Counted from the first letter of the stretch, positions 39,672-53,164 are shown. The stretch is 64,000 nt of DNA from Octopus sinensis (GCF_006345805.1 NC_043001.1:123380001-123444000); one strand, 5' to 3'. The notes: generated from the letters alone by a model not told the origin. Made by a program: numbers and translations.

Positions 39672-40745
39672 TACATACATTGATGTACACACGTTTATAT
39701 AAAAAATTTACGTGTCAGCGTTTATGTGATTATGTAAACAAGTGACTGTGTACCTAGGTACGTATGCATGTAGTTACGTTTGTATGCATGTAAAAGAAAT
39801 TCGATATACTATTGAAACTAATTAGTTGAAATATATGAGGTTTATAAGTCTTTTTTAGGGGGGCTTTCTAGTAGCTAATATTTTTTCCCTTCGGAAGAAC
39901 TTCAGCTAATTTTAGAGAATGCTCCGTTATGCATGTCGTTCCCAGTGAGTAAGATTACGAAAAAAATGAGATACAATAATACAATAGATCACAAATATAT
40001 ATATATGTGTGTGTGTGTGTGTCTGTGTGTGTGCGTGTGTATATGTGTGTACGTATATATATAAATATACGTAAGGTTGGTAGTTTATTTATGATGTGTT
40101 CAGAATCAGTTCTGCTGATGATCATAAGACGTAAAGTTGAATGTGAAATCACGGTGATACAGAACTAAATTCATTTTTTAAATGTCTTGCTTTGAAAAAC
40201 TGCATTTGGGTATGATTAGTATAATTTTGGTAGTAATGACTTTGTCCCTCTTAGTGTGAGGCATTTATGTGTAATAATGCCCTCTATACAATATAGATAT
40301 AATTAATTTGTTCAAAAGAAAAAAATTATTTTCGAATTCTTTTCTTTTATGAGGTTTTCACGCTAGCTGCCCGATAATTTCTTGTTAAGATCCCTTATTA
40401 AGAGATTATCCTTAATTGTTAAATATATATATATATATACATAAATATTTATGAACATATACATATATACACATATATATGTTTATATACATATATATGT
40501 ACGTGTAGTTATATGTATACATGTATATATATATATATGTATACATATATATATATATATATGTATATGTGTGTGGGTGTGTGTTTGTGTGTGCGTGCGT
40601 GTGTATATGTATGTGTATGTATGTATATATATATATACATAAATATTTATGAACATATACATATATACACATATATGTGTATATATATGCATATATATGT
40701 AGATGTAGTTATATGTATACATGTATATATATAGATATATATATA

Positions 40746-40778
<33 letters not shown>

Positions 40779-41240
40779 TGTGTGTCTGTATATAGTATTG
40801 CCAGCATCTGTGGCAAAGAAAAAATATTGAAAATGGTCTTAGAAAACTACGAATAAATAGAATTCCACAGAAATAAAAATTCACATGTTTTGTTGGTATC
40901 GAATTAATGAATAAACGTGTGTAATTACTTCCGCTGTAATAGGTTTGTCTTTAGAATTTCTTAGACTGCCTTAATAACATGTTGCAATGTTCACATGCCC
41001 ACACACAGACACACAGGTCCTAATTACGAGGAGGATGGACAGCGAACTAAATGTATAGGTAATCATATTGTTGTTTGGAAAGTTGGCGAGGCGGGTTGAA
41101 GATGCGCGAAGTAAATCTTGTCAATGTGCAAAGAAACGTACTGAGCCACACTCTGTCTCTCGCTTTCTCGTTCAACACAGACACACGTTCACACACACAC
41201 AAGTATATACATAACATGTGTGTGTGTGTGTCTGTATATA

Positions 41241-41468
41241 CTCTTTTACTCTTTTACTTGTTTCAGTCATTTGACTGCAGCCATGCTAGAGCACCGCCTT
41301 TTCAGTCTAGCAAATCGACCCCAGGACTTATTCTTTGTAAGCCTAGTACTTATTCTATCGGTATCTTTTGCCGAACCGCTAAGTAACGGGGACGTAAACA
41401 CACCAGCATCGGTTGTCAAGCGATGTTGGGACGACAGACACAGACACACAAACACACACACACACATG

Positions 41469-41538
<70 letters not shown>

Positions 41539-41699
41539 CCACGGGCTTCTTTCAGTTTCCGTCTACCAAATCCACTCACAAGGATTGGTCGGCCCGAGGC
41601 TATAGTAGAACACACTTGCCCAAGGTGCCACGCAGTGGGACTGAACCCGGAACCGTGTGGTTGGTGAGCAAGCTACTTACCACACAGCCACTCCTGCGC
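41241..41699 (-). mobile_element. SINE group A, best-preserved copy, with expanded internal (CA)(TA)n
   Basis: Full head, body and (ctctttta)n tail; internal tract about 100 bp. Confidence 0.95.
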
Positions 41700-41711
41700 A
41701 TTATACATACA

Positions 41712-42031
<320 letters not shown>

Positions 42032-42346
42032 GTGGAGGCACAGTGGCCCGGCGGTTAGGGCAGCGGACACGCGGTCGGTGGATCGCGGTTTCGATTCCCA
42101 GACTGGACGTTGTGTGTGTTTATTCGGCGAAAACACCAGGAAGCTCCACGACGCTCCGGCAGGGGTGGGGGGCGACCGCATGTTGTACTCTTTTGCCCCA
42201 ACTTTCTCTCACTCTTTCTTCCTGTTTCTTGGATAAAGCTGCGATGGACTGGCGTCCCGTTCAGCTGGGGGAACACACACGCCACAGAAACCGGGAAATC
42301 GGGCCCATGAGCCTGGCTAGGCTTGAAAAGGGCACATGAGAAAAAA
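42032..42346 (+). mobile_element. SINE group B head + OR-like body + tail T2, head-to-tail with the previous element
   Basis: gtggaggcacagtggcccggcggttaggg..gctccggcagggg..gctgcgatggactggcgtcccgttcag; A-rich end. Confidence 0.9.
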
Positions 42347-42645
42347 TTATATATATATATATGTAAGTATGTATGTATGTAAAATTTTAGATTCAAATGA
42401 ATATGGTACTCAATTTAGATGCACCAGAATTTTGTATGGTGTTATCCATAAAAATTTGTGGGGTGATCATAATCAAAATAAGCAACAATAATGACTGCGG
42501 TACTTTGGTACGATTGTTTCGTACTACATCATTTTATTAAATGTTGTAAGTGTTACAACAGATTTAAGATGATGAGTACTCATCAGCCAATTATAGAGGT
42601 TTTCCATTAATACAAAAGTTTTCAAATCAAAATTTTCTTTGTACG

Positions 42646-42889
42646 CTCAGTACTTATTCTATCGGGGACGTAAACACACCAACATCGGTTGTCAAGTGAT
42701 GGGGAGGGGGCAAACACACACACACACATATATATGACGTGCTTCTTTCAGTTTCCGTCTACCAAATCCATCCACCCACAAGGCATTGGTCGGCCTGAGG
42801 CTATAGTAAAAGGCACTTGCCCCAGGTGCTACGCAGTGGGACTGAACGCGGAACCATGTGGTTGGGAAGCAAGCTTCTTACCACACAAC
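42646..42889 (-). mobile_element. SINE group A, 3'-truncated and internally deleted
   Basis: Homology to 41241-41699. Confidence 0.85.
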
Positions 42890-42959
42890 AATTTATTATC
42901 TTCATATATTCTTTCCTTGTGCATGTCTATATACGCACACTCATTCACATATATACAGC

Positions 42960-43020
<61 letters not shown>

Positions 43021-43273
43021 TACTTGATTCTTGTGAATAGCATATATATATAGAGACATATATGAATACATGTACATACACATACACACACATATACGTA
43101 CATATATGTATATATACACACACACACATATTTACATATATATATATGTATATATGTATATATACTTACATATTTCATTCCTTTCTATAGAATATATACA
43201 AACATGCATACATAGATACATACATAGATACATAGATACATACATACATATATACATACATACATATATATAA

Positions 43274-43338
<65 letters not shown>

Positions 43339-44901
43339 CATACATATATATATATATATATATATGCATATATATGCTTACATACTTCCTTCTTTTCTAT
43401 AGAATAAAGTACAGATAAAGGTTTTATAGAATATTTGCATGAAAAAATATTTGCCAATTCGTTAGTGGATTTAAAGAAAAGTATCTGAATATTTGTCTGT
43501 GGGAACAAAACTGATTTTATGTTTTGAGAACGTCAGAAATTATCCGTTGCTAGCTTCGCGCGGTATTTCATTGTTAGTGAGAATTCGAATGAAAAATTGG
43601 AAAAAAGCATTCAAGCTGTAACTCGGAAGCAATTATTCAATAGGGGATACAGCATATAAAGTAAAATTTTCTTAGAATTATGTTCATTAAGAGATTCAGA
43701 ATTCGATGAATACAAGCAGTAGACAACACATGTATTCCTGTTGGTTTCAGAAATTTACTTTGCAATCGCGTGGACGCAGCCTCGGTCACATTGTGCAACA
43801 TTGTGGCTAGTGCACTTCAGCCGCATCTTCGATTTGACTAATACGGTGTGAGTAGGATTTAGTTAACAAGGAAATTGCGTAGAAACTCGTCGTTTACACA
43901 CACACATGCGCGTGCGCATATTGTCAATAAATAATAAATCCAAAAGAGAGACACACACTAAGTCATAGAAAAGTAGATTATTTAGAATGACAGTTATGGC
44001 CGTTCATAGGGTTATCCAGGGTTTCGCGTGCATAAAGCGCTTAGCTCAAAATCCGTCTCGTGAGACACCAATGGGTCTAAATATATACACATACATACAT
44101 AATACACACACACACGCACACACGCATATGTATACAGTGTATATATATATATTTATATATATACGTGAATGGATAGGTCAAAGGATCGCTACAAGTGTTT
44201 CAATAGCATTTGGCCATTTGTCAACAATATGTAATAATTACGCAATATTACATAATTTATTATTATTACATAACCGCACTATTTCTTCAGGCGATATGTA
44301 TCCTACCGTTGGCGCAATCAAATCAAGATAGGGAGGTAAAAATAATTTGTAAGCATAATTATATTGAAGGCAAGTTTCATTTGAAGGTACATAAGAAATA
44401 TATACTTTTCAAAAGGGAGAGGATATAGTTAGACCTAGGACAAATTAAATCATCATATATGCAAAGGTAGCAAAATTAGTGCCTACATGTGCAGTGAAGA
44501 GTGGCCATATAACCATAACACTTTTCTCATGAGTGCCCTCTAAAGTTTAAAGAGGAGCCGTTTCTGATAATATATAATTTAACTATCAACACGATATTCT
44601 TACAAACTGGTATCAACAGCCAGTAGTCATGTAACTGATGTCAAAACATTTATAAAGTAATACTGTTCGAAATATACCGGTTTTATATTCGTAACATAAT
44701 TGTTCAGCAACAAGAAAATAAGTGTTGGGATCGTTCTCTTTCGACTTATAATAAAATAAGACACCTGTATGGCCAGAGTCCAATGAGGGCAACTTAAAAA
44801 GTTCTGTACCACTTACATCCTAACATAGTAGCCAGTAAATTATATGGCAACTATGAAACATTTGTTAGGAACTGAATTAAAAGGAAATTATTTGATATGG
44901 G

Positions 44902-45272
44902 TTTTTCTTTTAGTTGTTTCTGTCATTTGACTGCGGCCAAGCTGGAGCACCACCTTTAGTCGAACAAATCGACCCGCAGGACTTATTCTTTGTTAGCCTA
45001 GTACTTATTCTATCGTTTGATTTTGCCGAACCGCTAAGTTACGGGGACGTAAACATACCAGAATCGGTTGTCAAGTGATGTTGGGGGGACAAACACACAC
45101 GCACACATATATACGACAGGCTTCTTTCAGTTTCCGTCTACTAAATCCACTCACAAGGCTTTGGTCGGCCCAAGGCTATAGTAGAAGACACTTGCCCAAG
45201 GTGCTACGCAGTGGGACTGAACCCGGAACCATGTGGTTGGTAAGCAGGCTACTTACCACACAGCCACTCCTG
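44902..45272 (-). mobile_element. SINE group A, near full length, short internal tract
   Basis: High similarity to 41241-41699. Confidence 0.95.
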
Positions 45273-45542
45273 TTTATTCAGATATCTGACGTATTAAATT
45301 ATTAAATATGTTAATACTGATTCATTTAAGCGGGATAACATACCTCTTGGTGATTTTTGGCATTGGTGTATAATGCGAAGCAAAAAATTTTGGAAATTGT
45401 ATAATTATTTGTATACATCACGCATACATACATACATACATACATACATACATACATACCTACAAACAAGCATACATACATACATACGTACGTGCGTATG
45501 TACTTATGCATGCAATGTATGTATGTATGTATGTATGTATAA

Positions 45543-45587
<45 letters not shown>

Positions 45588-46395
45588 TATGTATAATACA
45601 TATATATATATGTTATATATATATATATATTATATATATATATAATATATATTATATATATATATGTATATATGCATATCATATATAAACAATGAATAAT
45701 AACTTGCTATTAAAGCCTTCTCTTCCTCCCAATTAACGTTCCTAATGGAAATAACCTTTTACCTGATAGCATAATTTACATATTCAAAATAAAAGATATA
45801 AATACGAAATCTCTGAAAAGATTTCGAGAAAAGTTTGGCACAAAATAAATAATTTTCTTTCAATTAAATAATAAAGATATTCACTACCTTCTAGCTCATT
45901 TTAACTTCTATTTAAGATTCATTTCTACACTGTATTTAATTTTGTTTCTGTCGATTGAAAATATTCATTATGTAGAATTTCTGATTATTTCATCAGTAAC
46001 ATTTATCAACTCATCCAAATGAATGCACTTCCTTAATGATAATCGTTCTTTGTTTTCTCTCATAAGATTCCAATTTCATTCATGTCTGAAATGTATTCTC
46101 GCTTCTTTTCAGAAAACCATTGTATTTGCCCTTAGCTGTTATTTTACTTTATTGAAACTCTGTGTTTTTGTTCCTTGTAAGAAAGAATGAGTGGATGTAA
46201 CAAAAGCAAAATCATCGGGTGCGTATACAATACTCTTAACATTCAGTTTGTTTCAACAACCTTCTCGGCAAATAAAATACACAACACATTATTTTTATAC
46301 ACCACGCATTGTATGTACACACAACACACAGATACGTACATAACTACATGCATACATACATGCTAAAAACGTCCTTGGATGCTTTCACGGTGACA

Positions 46396-47581
46396 ATTTA
46401 AGTCTACCACCGAAGAGCACAGAACACAAAAGATTCTGATCAAATACCGGAAAATCGTTTCACTCACTAACAATCCTGTCAATTCCTTGGATTGGTGCAT
46501 TTATTTTATCAACCCCAAAGTGCTGAAAGTCAGATCTAACCCTGGTAGGATTTGAAATCAGTGCAGAGAACAAGAGTAAAAACTGCAAAATATTTTGTCA
46601 TATACTTTAGCTATTCAAAATTTGCCACTTCTTAAATACTACAATGTATACTGAATTACTTTCTTTCTTTCTATATAATTTTGGAACTCGATATATTGCA
46701 AAGATAGAGCAATTATTCTTGGAAAATCGAACTACTGTGTAATGCTTCATCATTGACTTGATTTGCCACAATGTTTTAATATATTCAGATTCGTCTCTAT
46801 GTAATTTGAATATTTATTGGACTTCAGAAATGTGTGTGTAACTTTTTGTGTGTAGAAAGTGGTGCACTTTACAGGTGTCTCGACTTCCTAGTGATTCGGA
46901 ATACAAGAGGTTTGATACATATTTTGTTTATGGTAATCACCCTTGCTCAAGAAGACCTTTAGTTGGAAGCATTTCAGCTGTAACCATCTTGTGCTTTTAA
47001 TAGTATCTTCTTTGTTACCCTCTCATCAGGAAGGGAAGTATAACATCTAGTTTTTTTCTTTGCAACGATAGGAAGGTATCATCAACCTGAGCAGCTACGA
47101 TTTAAGTCTACCACCGAAGAGTACAAAAGATTCTGATCAAATACCGGGAAGTCGTTTCACTCTCTAGCAGTCCTGTCAACTCCTTGGACTGGTGAATTTA
47201 TTTTATCAACCCCCAAAGGGCTGAAACTCAAATATAACCATGGTAGGATTTGAACTAAGTGCAGAGAACAAGAGCAAATACCGCAAAATATTTTGTCATA
47301 TACTTTAGCTATTCAAAATTTGCCACTTCTTTTCTTTTAATATTGTTTGGAAGTCGGTATATTGCAAAGATAAAGCAGTTATAGGTGGCAAACCGAGCTA
47401 CTGTATAGGGGTTTCACCGTTGACTTGACTTGACTTAATATTTTAATATATTCAGAGTTGTCATTATTAATTTGAATATTTATTGGACTTCGGAAATGTG
47501 TGTGTAACTTTTGTTTTGTGTTTGTAGAAATTGGTGCACTTTACATGTGTCTCGACTTCCTAGTGATTCAGAACACAAGAG
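46396..47581 (+). repeat. Old local direct duplication (about 510 bp at 46396-46909 and about 480 bp at 47100-47581), each copy containing a decayed group C SINE
   Basis: Collinear blocks atttaagtctaccaccgaagag, aaaatattttgtcatatactttagctattcaaaatttgccacttctt and tgtctcgacttcctagtgattc in both copies. Confidence 0.9.
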
Positions 47582-47672
47582 CAAATATTTTAGCTATGCC
47601 CCACCCCACCCACTGTCGTCATATGAATGACGCGATTAAAGAATTATTTCAATCTAGCCATTTACATATCTA

Positions 47673-48177
47673 CCCATCCATCCATCCATCCATCCATCCA
47701 CCCATCCATCCATCCATCCATCCATCCATCCATCCATTCGCCCATCCATCCATCTACCCATCCATCTGTCAATCCATCCACCCATCCATCCATCCATCCA
47801 TTCATCCACCCATCCATCCAGCCAGCCAGCCAGCCAACCAGCCAGCCGTCCGTCCGTCCATCCATCGTGCATTTATCCATCTTCACTATCCGCTATTCAT
47901 AAGAAGGTCGTGGGGGTAGACTCCTCAAGCACCTCATCTATAGTGTCCTACCAGAAGTAGCCATTATTACGCTTCCAGGCTGAAGCCCAAAGGATGACCA
48001 ACTGAGTTTAAAGATATTACTTAACCATCTCGATCTTGGTCAACGCCTGGCTTTCGTGATAGCTGACTCAGCTTTAAGAATCCGTCTTGCGATTCTTTCT
48101 TGTAACATTCTGAACACGTGTCCGTAGTAGCGAAGCTGTAACTTCTCAATGCGCAAAAGATTAACTTGAATTATCAA
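47673..48177 (-). mobile_element. RTE-clade LINE 3' end of Expander/Rex3 type with (GGAT)n tail
   Basis: Minus frame [59 protein letters not shown], followed by gaagatgga and the (TGGA)n tract at 47673-47870. Confidence 0.85.
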
Positions 48178-48232
48178 GAAATTAAAAATACATATGTTAA
48201 TATACGGTAATCCTCATAAGGGATTGTAATTT

Positions 48233-49129
48233 TAGGGTATGCTTTCAAAATGTATCCGACTTTATTTTCCCCCACCAAAACTAATACTGCGTGGGCAACA
48301 TCCACTGAGTGGAATGTGATAACCCTTTCTTACGCATGTGCGAAAATTTTCTCGCCGGTAGGTTTCGTTAAATCCCGGCTGTTACGCCTAGAGTACAGAC
48401 GTGTAGTGCGTGCTTTACGGATTTTCGTTTTTACTCAAAATGACCGAACGTATCGAGCAGAGACATTGCATCAAAGTTTGTCAAAACCTTGGTCATACTC
48501 AATTTAAAACCATCTAAAAGATGTAACAGGCATTTGGCAATGATGCCATGGGCAAAGCTCAGATCAAGGAGTGGTACAACAGCTTCAAACATGACTGCAT
48601 CTTAGTAGAGAAAGGAGCACGCTCAGAAAGGCCACCTACAAGCCGAAACGAGGAGCCGATTGAGAAGGTTCGGCGAACAGTCATAGAAGACCGTTGTGTA
48701 AGAATACATGAAAGTCTGAATGATTACAGGATAAATGCGTTTTGTTCTAACGGAGGACTTGTGCAAGCGAAGAGTGCTGGCGAAGAATTAAAGTGGGAGA
48801 CTTTTTTTAAGATACCCTGTATTCCACCTTGCTTGGTCAAGAACAACAAACCATTTGTTCGACAGGCTCTCCAAACTGAAAATCACGCTGAAAAGGAAGC
48901 GATTTGAGATGCAAGAGGCAATTATGAGGAAAGCGACTGCGAAGCTCTATAGTGTTCCAGAGAAGGCGGTCCAGAAGTGTTACCAGCAGTGCCAGAATCG
49001 TTGGGAGAAGTGTGTGAATTTTCAAGGGGAGTAATCTGAAAGGTGATTAAGCAAAGTTTATGAAATGTAAAAGATTGTTCTTTTTGTTTTTATGCTGAAA
49101 GGTCGGATAATTTTTGAACACATCTCGTA
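48233..49129 (+). mobile_element. Internally deleted, pseudogenised mariner (Tc1/mariner) element
   Basis: From ATG 48440: MTERIEQRHCIKVCQNLG..AFGNDAMGKAQIKEWYNSFK..RSERPPTS (HTH region), VLTEDLCKRRVLAK, then C-terminal KLKITLKRKRF..KCYQQCQNRWEKCV; TIR core ttcaaaaNNtatccgac at both ends; right end tctcgta|ta. Confidence 0.9.
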
Positions 49130-49874
49130 TACGTTGTTATTTTGAAACATTCTTAAATATTAATATTCTTAAATGGTTTTTTTTTTCCGGTTGAAACAAT
49201 ACTTTTTAATTAGTTTCACTATTTTGCAGGAACAATTAACAAACTCGAAAACAGGATCTGCTTGTAATACTAGTTAAATAAGTACTAAAATCATATTCTA
49301 ACTTTCAAAATGATAAGAAAAGAAAAACACTTTGGATTATATAGATTAACATCCATTAACATCTATTCCTACATATCGATTAATATGACGTAATATATTC
49401 CTACATACCATTAAAATGATGGGATGATTACAGGTAGAACACTTTTGATCATAGATTTCTTCCACCAGAATCGACCTGGTCTAACGAAAAATGACAACAG
49501 CTACGAGTGCAACAACAACAACAGCAACAACATTTAGCAAATATATTCTCCATAGGATATACGCTAAACAAGCTAAACTAGATAATTGCTTGTTTATTCT
49601 AATTTAAATTCATACGGTGAAATATTTTTACAGACTGTAACGCCATGCATATTTCAAAACTATTCTCCCATAAGATTTTCTAGTTTTTCTCCAATAATAT
49701 TCTCGTATGAGAGATGCAATTTAATAAAATATTACTCGCTAATATCTGCCACAAATGTTTACGTCAAATGATGAATTATGTTTCAAGCAATTAGCATCAA
49801 ATTATGCAAAAATACTAATTAATTTTTTTTAGAAACATTTCTTGTAAAACGTATTCTATGTAACAAACAAAACT

Positions 49875-50040
49875 ACATACATACATAGATACATACATAC
49901 ATAAATAGATACATACATACATACATACATACATACATACATACATACATACATACATACATACGTAAATACATACATACATACATACATACATACATAC
50001 ATACATACATACATACATACATACATACATACATACATGT
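49875..50040. repeat. (TACA)n microsatellite
   Basis: Direct reading. Confidence 0.95.
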
Positions 50041-50100
50041 ATATATATACACGCAACGACGTGCGCAATGTGTGGGGAAGTGTTTACACATGCAAATATG

Positions 50101-50455
50101 TTTATCCTTTGCTTGTTTCAGTCATTAGGCTGCGGCCATGCGGAGGCACTGATTTGAGTAATTTTTGTCGAATGAATCGACATCGGTACTTTAATTTTTT
50201 CAAGTGTGGCACTTATTCTATTAGTCCCTTTTGCAAAACCTCCAGGTTACAGGAACATAAACACACCATCACTGGTGATCGAGCGGTCGTGGATAGGGGT
50301 GGGGGGAAGGTGCAAACACACAGACAGACACACACGCGCAAGGTTTCTTTACGTTTCCGTCTACGAAAACCACCTACAAAGCTTTCGTCAGCCCAAGACA
50401 AAAGCAGAAAACACGCAATGGTGGCACGTAAGCGTCTTACCAAACAGTCACTCAT
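50101..50455 (-). mobile_element. SINE group A, diverged
   Basis: ttgtttcagtcattaggctgcggccatg..cacttattctattagtc..gtttccgtctacgaaaacc. Confidence 0.8.
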
Positions 50456-50721
50456 ACATACATACATTCATACATACATACATACATACATACATAAATA
50501 CATGTATACATGCATGCATACATACATACATACATGCATACATACATTACATACATATATAAATACATGCGTACATACATACATACATACATAAATAGAT
50601 GTACACATGCATACATACATAAATAGATGTATACATGCATACATACATACACACATGCATACATAAATACATGCATACATGCATACATACATACATACAT
50701 AAATACATACATAAATGCATG

Positions 50722-50753
<32 letters not shown>

Positions 50754-50791
50754 CATACATACATACATGCATACATACATACATACATACA

Positions 50792-50826
<35 letters not shown>

Positions 50827-50923
50827 GCATGCCTACACCCACATACACACGTTTCGAATATACGCTCGAAATATTGTTTTATCCCAAATTCTAATGATTA
50901 ATTCACGGATAGGAAGAAAAGAA

Positions 50924-50983
<60 letters not shown>

Positions 50984-51236
50984 GAGTGAGAAAGGGACCT
51001 AGAGTAAGCTATAGGGTCACTTTGGTTTCGTCGGATTTCAGAGTTAACCGCACACTGTGAAGTGTATTTTTTTTCTTTTTAAGACAGTAGCGTGTGGTTT
51101 TCCAGAAATATGATTGTCATTCCTGGGAAACTGAATCATTAATAATATAAAGGGTCATTCATATGTATTACACATGTATGTGTGTGTGTGTGTATGTATA
51201 TATACATATATATATATATGTATATATGTATATATA

Positions 51237-51282
<46 letters not shown>

Positions 51283-51344
51283 TATATAAATACATACGTG
51301 TGTGTGCATACTTGTGTAGATTTCTATACGTGTACATGCATGGT

Positions 51345-51381
<37 letters not shown>

Positions 51382-51494
51382 AATATATATATATATATAT
51401 ACATCTATTGAACGTATGTGTGGGTGCGAATGTGTGTGCTTCATGTGAGTCTGAGTGAGCATATGCATATAGGCACATGTGCGTGCGCGATTGC

Positions 51495-51825
51495 TATGAG
51501 CTTTCTTACTCCTTTACTTTTTACTTTGTACTTCCTCCCCTTCGGTTTTTCTCCCTTAGTTAACGGATCATTCTAATAGCTTTCTTGCCTTAATAACAGT
51601 CAATTTCATAGTAATTTCCCTTTGTTTAACGGTCATTTTCATAGCATATTTTAATTGCCTCGATAACTGAAGAGATGCCGATGCAGGTTTCCGCCCCGAC
51701 ATCCGAAACTCGGAGTTTTATCATAGCAACCGAATAATTGTCACATATTATATTACAAATAAATTCCTCTATTTTCATAATGTCGAGGTCTCTTTCATTA
51801 TTTCGTTGCCTTACCATTACTATTA
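51495..51825 (+). mobile_element. Short (TA)n-adjacent element carrying a hammerhead (PLE terminal repeat-like or retrozyme-like)
   Basis: Pyrimidine-rich 5' part, hammerhead at 51662-51722, about 100 nt tail ending at a (TA)n tract; boundaries approximate. Confidence 0.45.
51662..51722 (+). ncRNA. Type I hammerhead ribozyme
   Basis: GAUAA-CUGAAGA-GAUG..CAUC-C-GAAA-CU(CGG)AG-UU-UUAUC: 5-bp stem I, intact core, extended stem II, 3-bp stem III, GUU site (cleavage after 51717). Confidence 0.75.
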
Positions 51826-51861
51826 ATATATATATATACACACTCACACATGCACACACAA

Positions 51862-51929
<68 letters not shown>

Positions 51930-51950
51930 ATCTATCTATCTATCTATCTG

Positions 51951-52023
<73 letters not shown>

Positions 52024-52045
52024 ATCTATATATATATATATATAC
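51862..52045. repeat. (TCTA)n then (TA)n microsatellite
   Basis: Direct reading. Confidence 0.95.
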
Positions 52046-53164
52046 CGTAGTCTTCTTTGAGTTTCCGTCTACCAAATCCACTAACAAGGCTTTCAGTTAA
52101 AAGATCCATAAAGTATCAAGGCATATCAGCGTGAAGCACGTCACTTATTGGCTAGACAGAAATACGCTGAGCAGACGGGGAAGCAACCTCTTCTCAGCGT
52201 AGAATGCATGGATGAAGCTGGGTAATCTGCAATCTCAATAGTATACAAACTATTCACAGAAGAATAGGCTACATTGTGTGGTACAACGCTTTGTACATCT
52301 CAAATATAGGAATTTTGATTTGTAATCCCATCCGTTGTGAATTACTGAGTAAGTCAACAAGTCAGTGGGTCATTCCGTTTTGTGAAATTACCTGATGAGC
52401 TTCGGACTTGCATAATTTACTGCATAATCTAAATAACTGTATTTTGCACATATCAAAATAAAAACTTAGAAAGCAATTGTAGCAACACTGGGAATTCTAT
52501 TTTAGTTTTTAAAATCTTATATGTGCATACATACATTCATAATACATACATGTACACACACACACACATGCATACACACATGCGCTCGTATAGATGTATT
52601 TGTGTGTATGCGTGTTTGTGTGTGTGTCTGTGTGTGCGCGAGTGTGGTTTATTCGAAGAGGTATTGGTGGCACCTTAACCCTTCGTAAGACTTACAGAAA
52701 CCGGTGGAATAACAGTGGAAATGGAATCAGGGAAACACTGAAGAATCGAAATCGCCATCAAATCAACAATCAGCCTCATACATGACAGATGACCTGATTA
52801 CTTGAAATAAAGTAAAGTTTATTATCCCGACTCACGATTCCGACGGTGGCGTTAATCAAGGTGATGATTTATGCTAGCCACTGTTAGGTGTATGTTGGTT
52901 ATTTTGGTAAAGTCTGCTGAACGATTGTATATATTGATTGGCTATTTTGCGTAAATGTGGAGTACATTTAATAATGAAGATGAATTGTTCAGATAGATTC
53001 ACAATTGCGATGGAATAATAAATTGGTGATATCTTTCTGATTCTTTAGCAGTAGCTTTTTTGTGTGAGTTTAGTGTGGATGCTGTTTCTATGATCGATGT
53101 TGTAACGTGAGCAATGTTTCATGTGCTATTGTAAAACAATAATAATACTGCTCGACAGGCATGA

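Noticed and set aside
51025-51045. Minus-strand ctgaaatccgacgaaac
   Set aside because: The core is wrong and no stems form.
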